A stretch of 64,000 nucleotides of DNA, taken from Antedon mediterranea. Its lineage: Eukaryota > Animalia > Echinodermata. Under the pieces are notes generated by a model. The model worked only from the letters and a program-made list of their open reading frames with translations. It had not been told where the DNA came from and searched no databases. Shown one piece after another: positions 1-11,800 of this stretch. Position 1 is the stretch's first letter. Each line of letters opens with the position of its first letter. The stretch spans positions 22,028,871 to 22,092,870 of the forward strand of contig NC_092676.1 of assembly GCF_964355755.1 (NCBI RefSeq), read 5' to 3'. Position numbers and translations under genes: made by a program.

Positions 1-52
1 ATATTCAACAAAAAAATAACAAAGATAATTTTTTCAGTGGGACAATACACCT
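1..52. mobile_element. Probable right end of a Kolobok-like element
   Basis: Ends in GGGACAATACACCT|TTAA; the other end is outside the window. Confidence 0.4.
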
Positions 53-289
53 TTAAGTGTAAGTCTTCACTTAGCATGTAATTGGTGGATGCAGTGACAT
101 TACTATAATAAACAATAAGTAAATACACTTACAGTATTGGAAATCTAAATTTTGTTTTTGCATTGACTTATCAATCGAAAAAAGATTATGTTTCAATCTG
201 AATAGTTTTCACAGATAAAATTAAATTTCAATGCTACAAATTTAGAACAAAATAAAGTCATATCAGATTCACATCTCTAATTCATTATT

Positions 290-510
290 GATGAATTCTT
301 ACAAAATTAATGAACTACTCACGGAATTGGTGACTGTCAAGAAATTGTTAAATTTTCGCGAAATTGTTGAATCTTCACAATATTAGTGAATTATTATGAA
401 ATTGGCAAGTTTTCACGAGAGTGATGAATTGTCTCGAAATTGTTGAATTCTTAAGAACTTGATAAATCCTCACGCAATTTGGGAAATTCTCCAAAAATTG
501 GTGAATTTAC
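290..510. repeat. Degenerate ~20-21-bp minisatellite
   Basis: Recurrent GAAATTGTTGAATT-like units. Confidence 0.55.
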
Positions 511-540
511 ATTAGGCCTAAATTGGGGAATTATCTGTAA

Positions 541-721
541 AAGCTTGGTTCCCACTAGAACGTAACGCAAGGACGTAAACGCAACGCAAGCGTTTTAACC
601 AATGACAAGCGAAGTTATAGACAGTTAGCAATCACAAGCGAACAAGCCATCGCTTGTGATTGGTCAATTCACTTGCGTTGCGTTACGTCCATGTGTTGCG
701 TCGCTAGTGGGAACCACGCTT
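541..721. mobile_element. MITE family A (AAGCTTGGTTCCCACTAG TIRs; possibly PIF/Harbinger-like)
   Basis: Palindromic element with CGCAA/TTGCG subrepeats. Relatives at ~8457-8614, 12740-12875, 15688-15896, 16942-17168, 17941-18148, 19762-19963, 21821-21946, 50122-50272 and 53293-53437. Confidence 0.88.
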
Positions 722-2086
722 AAGAGTAAAAGCACCTCAAGTCGACGCAAACAATTAAAAACATCATGTGAACCACAATAGCACGTCAGTAATCCGCAAT
801 TTTGTTTCTAACTTAGCTTTATTTTATTCAGTAAAAACGTATGCATATATATTATATAATTCGTCTGAACATTTTGTTTTCTTCATGAACCTTTCTGACT
901 TTTAATCTAGGCCTACTTCAAGTATCTTTATCAAAACATATCGTCAATAAATTATTCTATTCCCCCAGCTTTTTTCAGTTTCATTGGTTAATATTTATGT
1001 ATTACCTACATTTGTTATAGTGTTTTCATGAACCTTTGACGTTCGGTTTATTTAAGGTATGTTAAATCATGTGACTCAAAAACGTCATTCTAGTCATGGC
1101 TATATTTTTTTTGTATGTATATTTTTGTTTGTCATCAGATTTTAGAACACGCCATTCTAACCTATAAAACAAGGCGACCACTCCAGTATCGTATCGTTTT
1201 TTGTATTGTAGTAAATGGCGGTAATGGCCTAATGAACGCCGTAACAGCATTTGTCATTAGTGTTTACATATACTGTAACGACTTGATAGCTCTTTAACAG
1301 ACCATTTCATACGAGAGGTTAAAAGAGCGCTATGTATTATGAAAGAAAATTGCTTGCATTGTGCATTACAAATACCTGTTCTCAAAAGGCAATCTAATTT
1401 TGATTAATTTAATTTTGAGCTTTCAGCTTTCACGACCTTCTACAGTGCAGAATCTACAAGTCCACAGTAAAAAAATACATGGTACCTTGATTTAGATTTG
1501 TATTAATTTGGTGGTGAATGAAATTGATGAATTTATGGTTGATATTTTATTTATTTTATGTCTAGGCACACTGTACTATCAGATAGGTGTTATCCTTATA
1601 TTTTGTGAACCAGGAATAATGACGATAACAAATGGAATAAAAAAAGGATAACGATTATAAAAAAATAAATAAACTCTCACCTAATTTTACTAAAGAATAA
1701 TTCTCAAAATCTGTATTTGAAATCAGATGAATTTATTTCAACATGATCTTACAGATTTAATTATTCCGTTTTAATAAAAACATTTCTAATGATTTAAAAA
1801 ATAATTTACAACAATTAATGTAAATATAACTTCGTCTTTAGGCATAATACTATACATGCATAATACTGCGGGGGTGTCCAACCAAGGACTATACGTTTAT
1901 AAGGATTAATAGCCTACCAATTGACCTAACATTTTACTAAATTCAATCGCGTTTACTGAAAATAAAAAATTCCACCAACGCAAAGAAATTAATAATAATA
2001 ATTTTTAAAAGGAGATTTTATTAATCGTAATTGTAGTTGAAATCAATGTGGATGTCTTGCATATTAAAGCGCTTATTAAAATCTAA

Positions 2087-2616
2087 GCTACACAAGTTGA
2101 CGTGCGCGTACAAAGTATGTAAACTACATAAGTTAGGGTGCGCGTAGAAAATATGTAAACTTCTACACAATACAAGTTGAAGTGCGCGTACAAAATAAGT
2201 AAACTACACAAGTTAGGGTGCGCGTAGAAAATATGTAAACTACACAATACAAGTTGAAGTGCGCGTACAAAATATGTAAACTACACAAGTTAGGGTGCGC
2301 GTAGAAAATATGTAAATTACACAAGTTAGGGTGCGCGTACAAAATATGTAAACTACACAAGTTAGGGTGCGCGTAGAAAATATGTAAACTACACAATAAT
2401 ACAAGTTGAAGTGCGCGTACAAAATATGTAAACTACACAAATTAGGGTGCGCGTAGAAAATATGTAAACTACACAAGTTGGGGTGCGCGTACAAAATATG
2501 TAAACTACACAATACAAGTTGAAGTGCGCGTACAAAATATGTTAACTACACACGAGTTGACACGCGCATACACAATATGTTTGCCGGCTACACAAGTTGA
2601 CGCGCGCGTACAAAAT
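2087..2616. repeat. ~36-bp tandem repeat array (with ~41-bp variants)
   Basis: Unit CTACACAAGTTAGGGTGCGCGTA(G/C)AAAATATGTAAA, about 14 copies. Confidence 0.95.
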
Positions 2617-3045
2617 TCACAGTTTTCATATGGATCGGTATAGATTATATCACACATTTTGAATATCGTTAGTGATTTATTTAATACGTATACACACCTA
2701 CGGGAATTCATAAAATGTGTTTAAAATTTTATGATAGTTGCTCTGTAAATGTCAACTATTTAATTTGTTTAAATTATGCCGAAGGGTCTATAAACAACCC
2801 GTGTGGAAAATGTATTCTGCGCTAAAGGGGACCTACAACTCACAAACATTGAAAGTTCCGCACCTCTCTGCTCCAAATTTAAACAGACAGCAGACACTAA
2901 GTGATTAAACACTCATTTTAAATTAGGGAAGCCCTGAGGTAAATGTACAACCTACACAAAAAAAAGTACCATTGTTTCCTATGTGACCCTTGAAGAGATA
3001 AAGGAACACTGCAATGGTCACGTGATATAAGGCGAAGGTCCATTT

Positions 3046-3232
3046 ATGAAGTGCGCGTACAAAATATGTAAACTACACAAGTTGGGGTGCGCATAGAAAA
3101 TATGTAAACTATAAAAGTTAGGGTGCGCGTAGAAAATATGTAAACTACACAAGTTGGGGTGCGCGTACAAAATATGTAAACTATACAAGTTGAAGTGCGC
3201 GTACAAAATATGTTAACTACACGCGAGTTGAA
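3046..3232. repeat. Second array of the same ~36-bp repeat
   Basis: About 5 copies in the same orientation. Confidence 0.93.
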
Positions 3233-4171
3233 AATAACATACACACGAGTTGAAAATAACATCCTATCCTAATTTTATCATTGAAAAAAATTTTAAAAAA
3301 GATTTATTTTTTTTTATTTTAATTTATTTATGTTCAACTTTAGTTCACTTTTGGTATTCCCTGTCTTGTGTTTCTCTGTTTTTGTTGTTGAATATAATTT
3401 TTTTTTTTATTACGGATATGGGTATTGTTATTCATACAGGTAGTAAAGCTTAGTTGAATAGATTTATCCTTCTAAACGTTTTTTATTGATTCATTTTTGT
3501 TATATTTCACTGATTTTATACATTTACACGTCAACGACTTTCTATATACAATTGTAAGATTTTCAAAACATACATGTGATTAGTGCATTGGCGCCACGAT
3601 TCTCAAAAGTATACCAACAAAAAGTCATCAGTCCAAATTTGCAATCGTTTATTATTACCGGGTTTATTACAATAATCATTATGTATTATTATCTAATCAA
3701 AAATCAATAGGCCTGAATTCATTTTGTATTGTTCACATTCAGCGCTAACTGCAAGTGGCAAAACAGCGGTAACACGCATGCGTGTAGAGATGTCCAGCTT
3801 CAACGTAGGATCGCAAGTTGGTAGGACATCCGGGTTGGTCCGCTCCTTAATTTTGGGGGGAAAATAGTGCAAAAGAAGGATCAACATTAAGTTAAGCAAA
3901 CGTTGTCTTTTAATTGATCCAGTCGATTTGTATAGTGTACAAACTTAATCCATGTGCTAGAGATGATGTAGTCGACAGACAAGAAACAACAGATTATTTA
4001 CATAATACGTAGAGCCGGGTGCTGACGTCAGTATTTATGTTGTATTTTAGTTAATGAATTCGTTTAATTAGAACACATTATTCTCTCATGGTTTGAAATT
4101 TGGACACTTCTCTTTTCAAGACCTACATAAAAAAGAACTTTCAAGAGCTTACATAAAAAAGAAGTAAGAAT

Positions 4172-4206
<35 letters not shown>

Positions 4207-4807
4207 GCTGTTGCGTAATTAAGTCTACACCCATCCAACATAAAGAAAGTAAATAATTTAAAAACTTTCATTAAAAACGTTATTCAAAGGAGTAATACGT
4301 TTGCAAATAGTTTAAGAACCTGTATCCGTCATATAATGTATTGTTTGATGTATTATGTTAAATTGGATGCACCACTTCTGTGTGTGCCACCGATGCAAAG
4401 GTGTCATTTCCTAATAAATTATTTATTTATTTATTTTAACGATGGCGTTAAAAAAATGAAATCTTTTAATCTCCGCTCCGAGACTGTCTTAAAATTACTC
4501 TCTTTACGTGGGTCCATGCCTGGGGCTGCAACTTGCATGCAGAAAAAAACGCAAAACGTGTTGGTTCTTTAATATTATACGTTATCCCACGCAACCCAAT
4601 CTTTAATGTGCACTGGGATTGATTTTCTAACCTGTAATGTGTACTTTTTGCATCAAAAAATAAATTAAACGAAAGCCCTATTAGACGTCCTCAGCAGAAG
4701 AATTGCCACAGACACGTTATAGGCTTATAACCACACATTCGATTTTGGAGCTAAAGACTACGTTCAAAAGAATGTGATTATTGAAGCTTAAACATTTTTT
4801 ATTCTGT

Positions 4808-4840
<33 letters not shown>

Positions 4841-5884
4841 GGGCCTATTAATTAATTTTTTAAAGATGTATCGTGCTAGATCTGCCATGCAACCACTTTA
4901 GTTTATCACCAGCAGACTATCTTTTTTTTAAATACACAGTTTACAAAACTAAGAAAAAATAATGAATGTGCTGAGCTTTGGGAGTGTTTAAATGATGTGA
5001 GTACTTATACACCTTAGGCCATCTTGGCCAGACTAAAATATGCTTTGAAAATGATAAATTGATTCTATGTTTGAGAAACATACCACAATAATATCTACAT
5101 TTTGTTTAGGCCTATTGTGTGATTCAATTTTGAGTTCCACTACGAGCATACCAGCTACTTAACAATTGTTTGGTAAAATAACTAAACAGGCGCTCAATAA
5201 AAATATATTTCTAGGGACGTTTCAATTTTTAATGCAAATTTGATCGATATAATATTACTGTAATCACCAAACATTTAAACATAACAATGCCGAAGAAAAG
5301 TATCTATAATCTCAAATATTTGTCTTGATTATAATATTCGATTTTTATATAAATTTTAAATTTTCATTTTGTTCGTAGACTCGCGTTGTTATCTCATTAA
5401 TACGGTACTGAAAAACTCTGAAAACAGCCTTAGAATTACAGTACTGTTCTACCAAAATTATAAAATGAACAATTAATCAAATGTTTCGTTTACACGCTTT
5501 ATCTTTCTCAGTAATTGTAACATGCGGAAAAAATGCCTATTATTAAAAAATAAACACCACTATTTTACATATTTTCGTTTACACGCTCGACGAGCTTTAA
5601 GTAAATAATCCTCAAATTATTGTGTTAAATCTCCATGGTTAAATCTAGTTCAGTCTCGCTTTCACAGTCAATGACCTAAATCATGCAACGTCCATAAATA
5701 TTAATATATAGTTATAATTTGTTTGACTATACGACAAAATCAAGCTGGAGTCGAGATTGCCTCCAGCTGGCGTCTAGCCTCGACCAAAGACAACCGGGAT
5801 TTTTTTTCTGGGCCTATTTACTTTACGAAATGAGGCAAACCTATCTTCGTTATTAACGTTTATTGAACAATTATAACTCACGCG

Positions 5885-8800
5885 ATGGTTGGTAAGTAGA
5901 CATTATGGTATATTTTTAGTAACCGCTATTTCTCGTCATTTGTCAGTAGTCAGCTAATTAACAGGGGCCATGACCGTCTCACTAATTATGCATTATCTCC
6001 TAATTACTTTTGTTCCCGGGTGATAGTGTATTTTCAGAGACAAACGATCGGCTGAGTAATTTAGTCCGGCTCGCTTCCTGATAAAATTGATCAGGTAAAA
6101 ATTGTATTTTCCAGAATGATCGTAAAATAAAACAAAAGTTATACTTGGTATGACCATTAATTAGTGTTCATGTTCCCAACCAGTTATCCATTCGTAGAAA
6201 GTACCGATGAAGAAGCCAATCTGTGGCGACTTTAATGGACTCGAAACATGCTTACTTCGGTCTTAAGGAATTTTGAATAATTATTTTGTTAGCAATTTTA
6301 CGATATACATTTATTAAACATTTTGATGTTACGTTTGTATAACTTTGTGTATTATAATATTATTATTCACTCGATTCTGCAGATGTCACTAGCTAGAGTC
6401 TAACTGACGATCACAAGTCGTTGTGATAAGATCATCAGTATTGGATAATTTATCTTAGTCCGTTTCCGTTTAAAAAATGTATTGACAAAATGTTTCCAAT
6501 CTTGGAAGATTGACAATAATTATAGCAAGGATATGATACTGCTAAAAAGATTTTAAAAATCGAGTAAAATTGTTGCACGTCAACATAGGTCTACAAATAA
6601 ACGAATATTACACGATGATCACAAGCGAGGTAAATTCTGATCAGAACTGTATTTACACCAAATAAATAATACATACAGTACTTCCCTCTAGATAGAGTTA
6701 AGATATCATGAAAACGAGATTTTTTTATGACAGAAATATATACATTCAATGTATGCATTGTGTAAAAATGCGATATTATTATATTATGAATAACTGCCAA
6801 TTATGACATGGTATTTGAGGGTTTTCGATTGATTAATGTATTCTCCATCATCAAATAAAATGTTGCCATATAAGGAAGTATATAATGATATAACAAAAAC
6901 AAAATTTAAACGTTTAAAGTTGTTTCTTCTTTCATTCATACATTATAACACTGACGATGACGTCATAGAAAGTGTTTCCATGAATGTTTATTCTTTCTAA
7001 CAAATTTTAACGTGTTAATAAAAAATGTTAGTGTTGCTATCCAGTAATGGCAAAGTACTTGTACTACACTAATACATTGACTTCCTGTGCGTATTTTTAA
7101 TGACGTGTGATTTGCTGAAATCTCAAAAGGCTTTTGTGTCTGCGAACTCTGCCATTAAAACATCCACCCGCAATACAAATTGAGTTTCTGCAAACATATT
7201 AAATCTGTCAATACGATGACCTGTCCCTATGTACTTAAAATAGGCTTTTATACATACTTTTTATGGTTAATAAACATGTTTTATTATCGTGCTTTTGAAT
7301 TTGTATGACTTGATCTCATTTTATTTCTATGGCACGTTTCCTTTGTCAATGTATAATTTAATATCAATCGGTCTGTTTATAATGCATTTAATAAAGTTCC
7401 GAAAAAAGAAATCCATGAAATATGATAATTTTACCTTTAAAAAGATAAAATAAATAATCAAATGTAACCAAAACTTCGCTATTTGGTAATTTATTGGACT
7501 TTTTTCCCCTTAAATTATTGTGATCCAAAATGTTCAGTCAAAGTGAATAACATTAAAATGGCATACTGTATTCGATACATTTTTTTACAAGGAAGAAACA
7601 GTATAAATTTACCCAAAACCAGTTGTCTGGCAGAAAGTGTGCTTCCGAATTTAATTTTTCTTTACTTTTAATTACATGTTTCTAATAATTTGTATATATT
7701 TTTTGGATCAAGTATAAACAGTTATTTTTAAACATTAGTATTTTCAGAGGAACAACCTTTACTGATCAGTTGTATTTCGTTTTTGTCTTACAGCTTCGGG
7801 TGTGCTGTTGATGTTAGTTACACTGGTGAAGTCTGAAGATTGTCTACAGATGCGGGACGAATGTCTTGGTGATTTGGAGTGTGGCTTTGCTCTTGAAGAG
7901 ACCCCTAAACCAGACGTGTGTGGTGACGCCGGTAAGTTAAAGTAACTCGAGTTAGTAGTGCATTAGCAGATTTAACGACGTTCAATAATTTAATATTATG
8001 TTTAAATTGATAGTTATCCAATTCACCTTGAAAACCACAATTATGACCATGAGAAACAAAGACGATTTTCTTTCTTTTTTTAATAATAAAGGGGAAAAAA
8101 AATACCTCTACTCATTACAGTTTGATCAGCTGCCTTTGTTTTGACCCTTTCTGTTTTCGTCGTATGTTCTGTTAATGTGTTTAAAAACATTAGTAACTTT
8201 ACTTATGGCCTTCCCTACACAAGTTTCTCTGGTTTTACCATTTGGTTTTACTTGTTGGGACTTTGCCACTTTCATAACTTAAAGAAATCTATTAGCATTT
8301 TTTTTATAGACACTTCTTTCTTTTAAATGTTTTAATCGCATAATTTATTTGTAAATTGAAAGAAATGTTTCTTATCGTTATTCTGATTTTTGAAAGAAAT
8401 AAATGTTCACTTGATTGATTGATTGATTGATTGCATTCTTACTTCTCTGCATGATGATTGATTCCTGCACTAGAGGCACATCATAATGATGTAACGCAAC
8501 GTAAGTGAGTTGACCAATCACTGCGATGGATTATTTGAACTGTCGCTTGCCATTGGTCAACACGCTTGCGTTGCGTTTATGTCCTTGCGTTGCGTCCTAG
8601 TGGGAACCAAGCTTAACTAATGTCAAATGGTTTACGATGATGACCCTCACTCGACTGGGCTGACAATGTCCCTGTTGTAATCTTTATTTAGGCTCACCAT
8701 GCCAAATACCAGAATTACAAAAAATGTTTTGTGTTCAAATGTTGGAGATGTTGCGAAGAAACTATCACCTTAACGAATGCACATGTGATCCAGACAGCAC

Positions 8801-11800
8801 TGAATGCCGTCAATTCCAGAATTTAATAACAAGACATCCATGTGAGGTTGGAGGTGAGTTTATCAGTGCCTCTAAAACCTGGAGAATTCCAGCGAAAGGC
8901 AAACGTTGACTAGTGCGTATTATTATTTTCGTCTACTTTTTGTGACGTGAACAATTGTGCAACCAATCAAATATCTGGATTGTACGATTGGCGCGAATGT
9001 ATTCGCCTAGTGCAATATAATTCTCAACTAATAATACCACGTTTGGACCAATTTGTATATTACGATTTCATACAAGTTCCCACGTTTTAATTCTTTTATT
9101 TTTAGGAATAAATATTGGTAATCATGTGTCTTTATCAAGTTTTTAATGAAAATTCAAAATGTCATATCGATACTGTATATATCTTATTTGAAGTATATCA
9201 TAGGAGGTAAATCTAGGGTGCACGTGCTTCACATGTGAACCCTTGTTGCAAAGACCTTAACGTAACTCGTAACTAGCATTCCATGACACAGGCACCACAT
9301 ACACGTGGGATGCTATATTGTTGAAATTGCTTATGTTACTGGACAAATAATGTATATCTCTGGAGATAATCACTGAAAATCGAGTGCAATGTATTCAGTA
9401 TTATTTTAGTCAATACCGTACAATTCCTATTCAGTGTTCTGATAAAAGCAATTTAGTGCATCATAATCGTTTCTACCAGATATAATTAATGAATAACACG
9501 TTTCTTATAAATCCATAGATGGAGCATTTATAAATCCTACGCCTGATGATACACTTATAACTGATGATTACTCAAGTTACTCGTGTAAGTTTTTAGCTGA
9601 GCATACAGTTTTTGTCCTCTGACGAGATATAGTGAGACAGTATTTTGGGTTAGGTTAAGTAATATTTAGATATTAGGTGCTATTGCATGAGCATGTTGCC
9701 TTCTATAGACACTATACTGCAGTATATGATATATCATTCTTCAAATGTTTGTAAAATTATCGATCCTTAATATGGAGCTTTCAATTCATAGACGAAAAAC
9801 GATATTAACAGACTGTGACGGGCGTGTACGTGCCATCCGTATTGTTGCTAAATGTATTTAGGTTTTGAGAGACGAACGACGGCTAACCTAGCATAGAGTA
9901 TGTTCAGTAACCAGACGGAGTCTGAAATTAGTGTCGTAAAGGAAATGATTAACCTGAAAAACTTAACCTAAAAAGATGGCTTCTTACGATGGTGTGCTTA
10001 AATTGTGTACAAATACAATTAATTAATTGATAGTACAGTAAATGTTTACCTGTATCTTATTGTTTGAAGGTTTGCATGGCGAAATCAAATGTTGATATAT
10101 ATAGTTTGCGGTATACCACGTGTATTAGTTCTGAAAAGAACTGTTGAGTTTCTCGACGTTTCGATCAATATTCTCTGATCGTCCTCAGGAGTGAGAAATC
10201 CTCCAATCAAAGGACAAGGTGCTATATAATAAATAATGAAGGCAATTTGAGCCCTCGAATAAAATAGTACATACAGGAGTACTGGAACAATTTCATAATC
10301 CGTGTGTTCCAATTAAATTTAGTTTATCAAACTGCAACTGCATCGTTACTAGTATTTTAAACGTGATTCCGTCTAAAAATAATTTCTTTAATTATTTCAG
10401 CTTCTTTATCAGAAGACGAACCCGGAAAGCAAGAAAATACAGATGTTGATATGGATCCAATATCGAAAGTAATAAGTAAGTTAAAATGTACACTCTAGCT
10501 TGGCAATTTTAATTGCCATGCCCTTTCAAAAGAGAATGAACTGAAACTGAACCTTATAAACGATTTAAATAGAATTTAACCCTTGTCGTATTGTACTGTA
10601 ATTGTATTTATATTTACACTTTTCTCCGATTACTAACATCCATATTGATGAATACCATTGTTCTAATTAACCCAGTTATCTCTTAAAGACGGTATGACCT
10701 GCATCTTTGCATTGTAAACTATAGACAGAGAGACTTAATCGCGTGTACGACATTTCTTATGTCGTTATAAATTGATTAAGATAAGTAATGCATTTTGAAA
10801 GCTTTTTTTGTTGTGAATAACCGTATATTTTGTCTAATTTTGTTGCTGTCTCTAGTATTAGTAACTAAACCCAATGACGTGAAATCTTCAAGTGACTCAT
10901 TAGCATCAATATCATCGGAGGTATCATACGATTCAGATTTTAGCTGTAAGTAGCATCTTTCATTCAACTACCTTAATTCTGCGGTTGAGTCAGCAGTGCG
11001 CAAACGATGTGAAAGGGTATAAAAGCGGATATTTATTAGCCACCGCAAGCGTAACTGAAATGTTGGAAATTCGGATTAGCCAGCAGTGAAGATCAGCTGT
11101 TCCGCTTTCTCAGTTAAAATCAGTTTTGTATTAAAAAACTAAAGTACCAGTGGCCCCGCCACCAATCAAACATACAATTAAGTAAATACTATTTCACTTA
11201 AGTCAATATACATATTTAAGAATTTCACTTCAGTTTGAACGTTCTTTTTCTAGGCCTCGGAGACTCCGGCAATTCAATTTATAACTTTTTTATTTATTTA
11301 TTTTTTAATTATAACGATGAGGAAATCTGCCACCTAGCCAATATTCGAACTCGACGAAACCTCCTGCTTGATATGTACTAGACTACTTTCATAGGCGAGT
11401 GGTAACGGTAAGCGGAAAACCGCGTAACTTTCCCCACGTAGAATCTGTGTCTATCCTGAGCGGGAACCGCGTAGCTTGTCCCACGTAGAATCTGTGTCTA
11501 TCATGAGCGGGAACCGCGTAGCTTGTCCCACGTAGAATCTGTGTCTATCATGAGCGGGAACCGCGTAGCTTGTCCCACGTAGAATCTGTGTCTATCATGA
11601 GCGGGAACCGCGTAGCTTGTCCCACGTAGAATCTGTGTCTATCCTGAGCGGGAACCGCGTAGCTTGTCCCACGTAGAATCTGTGTCTATCCTGAGCAGGA
11701 ACCGCGTAGCTTGTTCCACGTAGAATCTGTGTCTATCATGAGCGGGAACCGCGTAGCTTGTCCCACGTAAAATCTGTATCTATCCTGAGCGGGAACCGCC

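Noticed and set aside
2087-3232. CRISPR-like array, or repetitive Cys/His ORFs (CSLHILYAHPNL)n
   Set aside because: Units are contiguous with no unique spacers, there are no cas genes and the context is eukaryotic. The ORFs are by-products of a 36-bp unit.
3693-3899. 68-aa - strand ORF in a slightly GC-richer patch
   Set aside because: No recognisable motif or convincing splice sites; it could not be linked to any gene.
11417-11799. 47-bp repeats as a CRISPR array
   Set aside because: Pure tandem repeat without spacers, bounded by TIRs.
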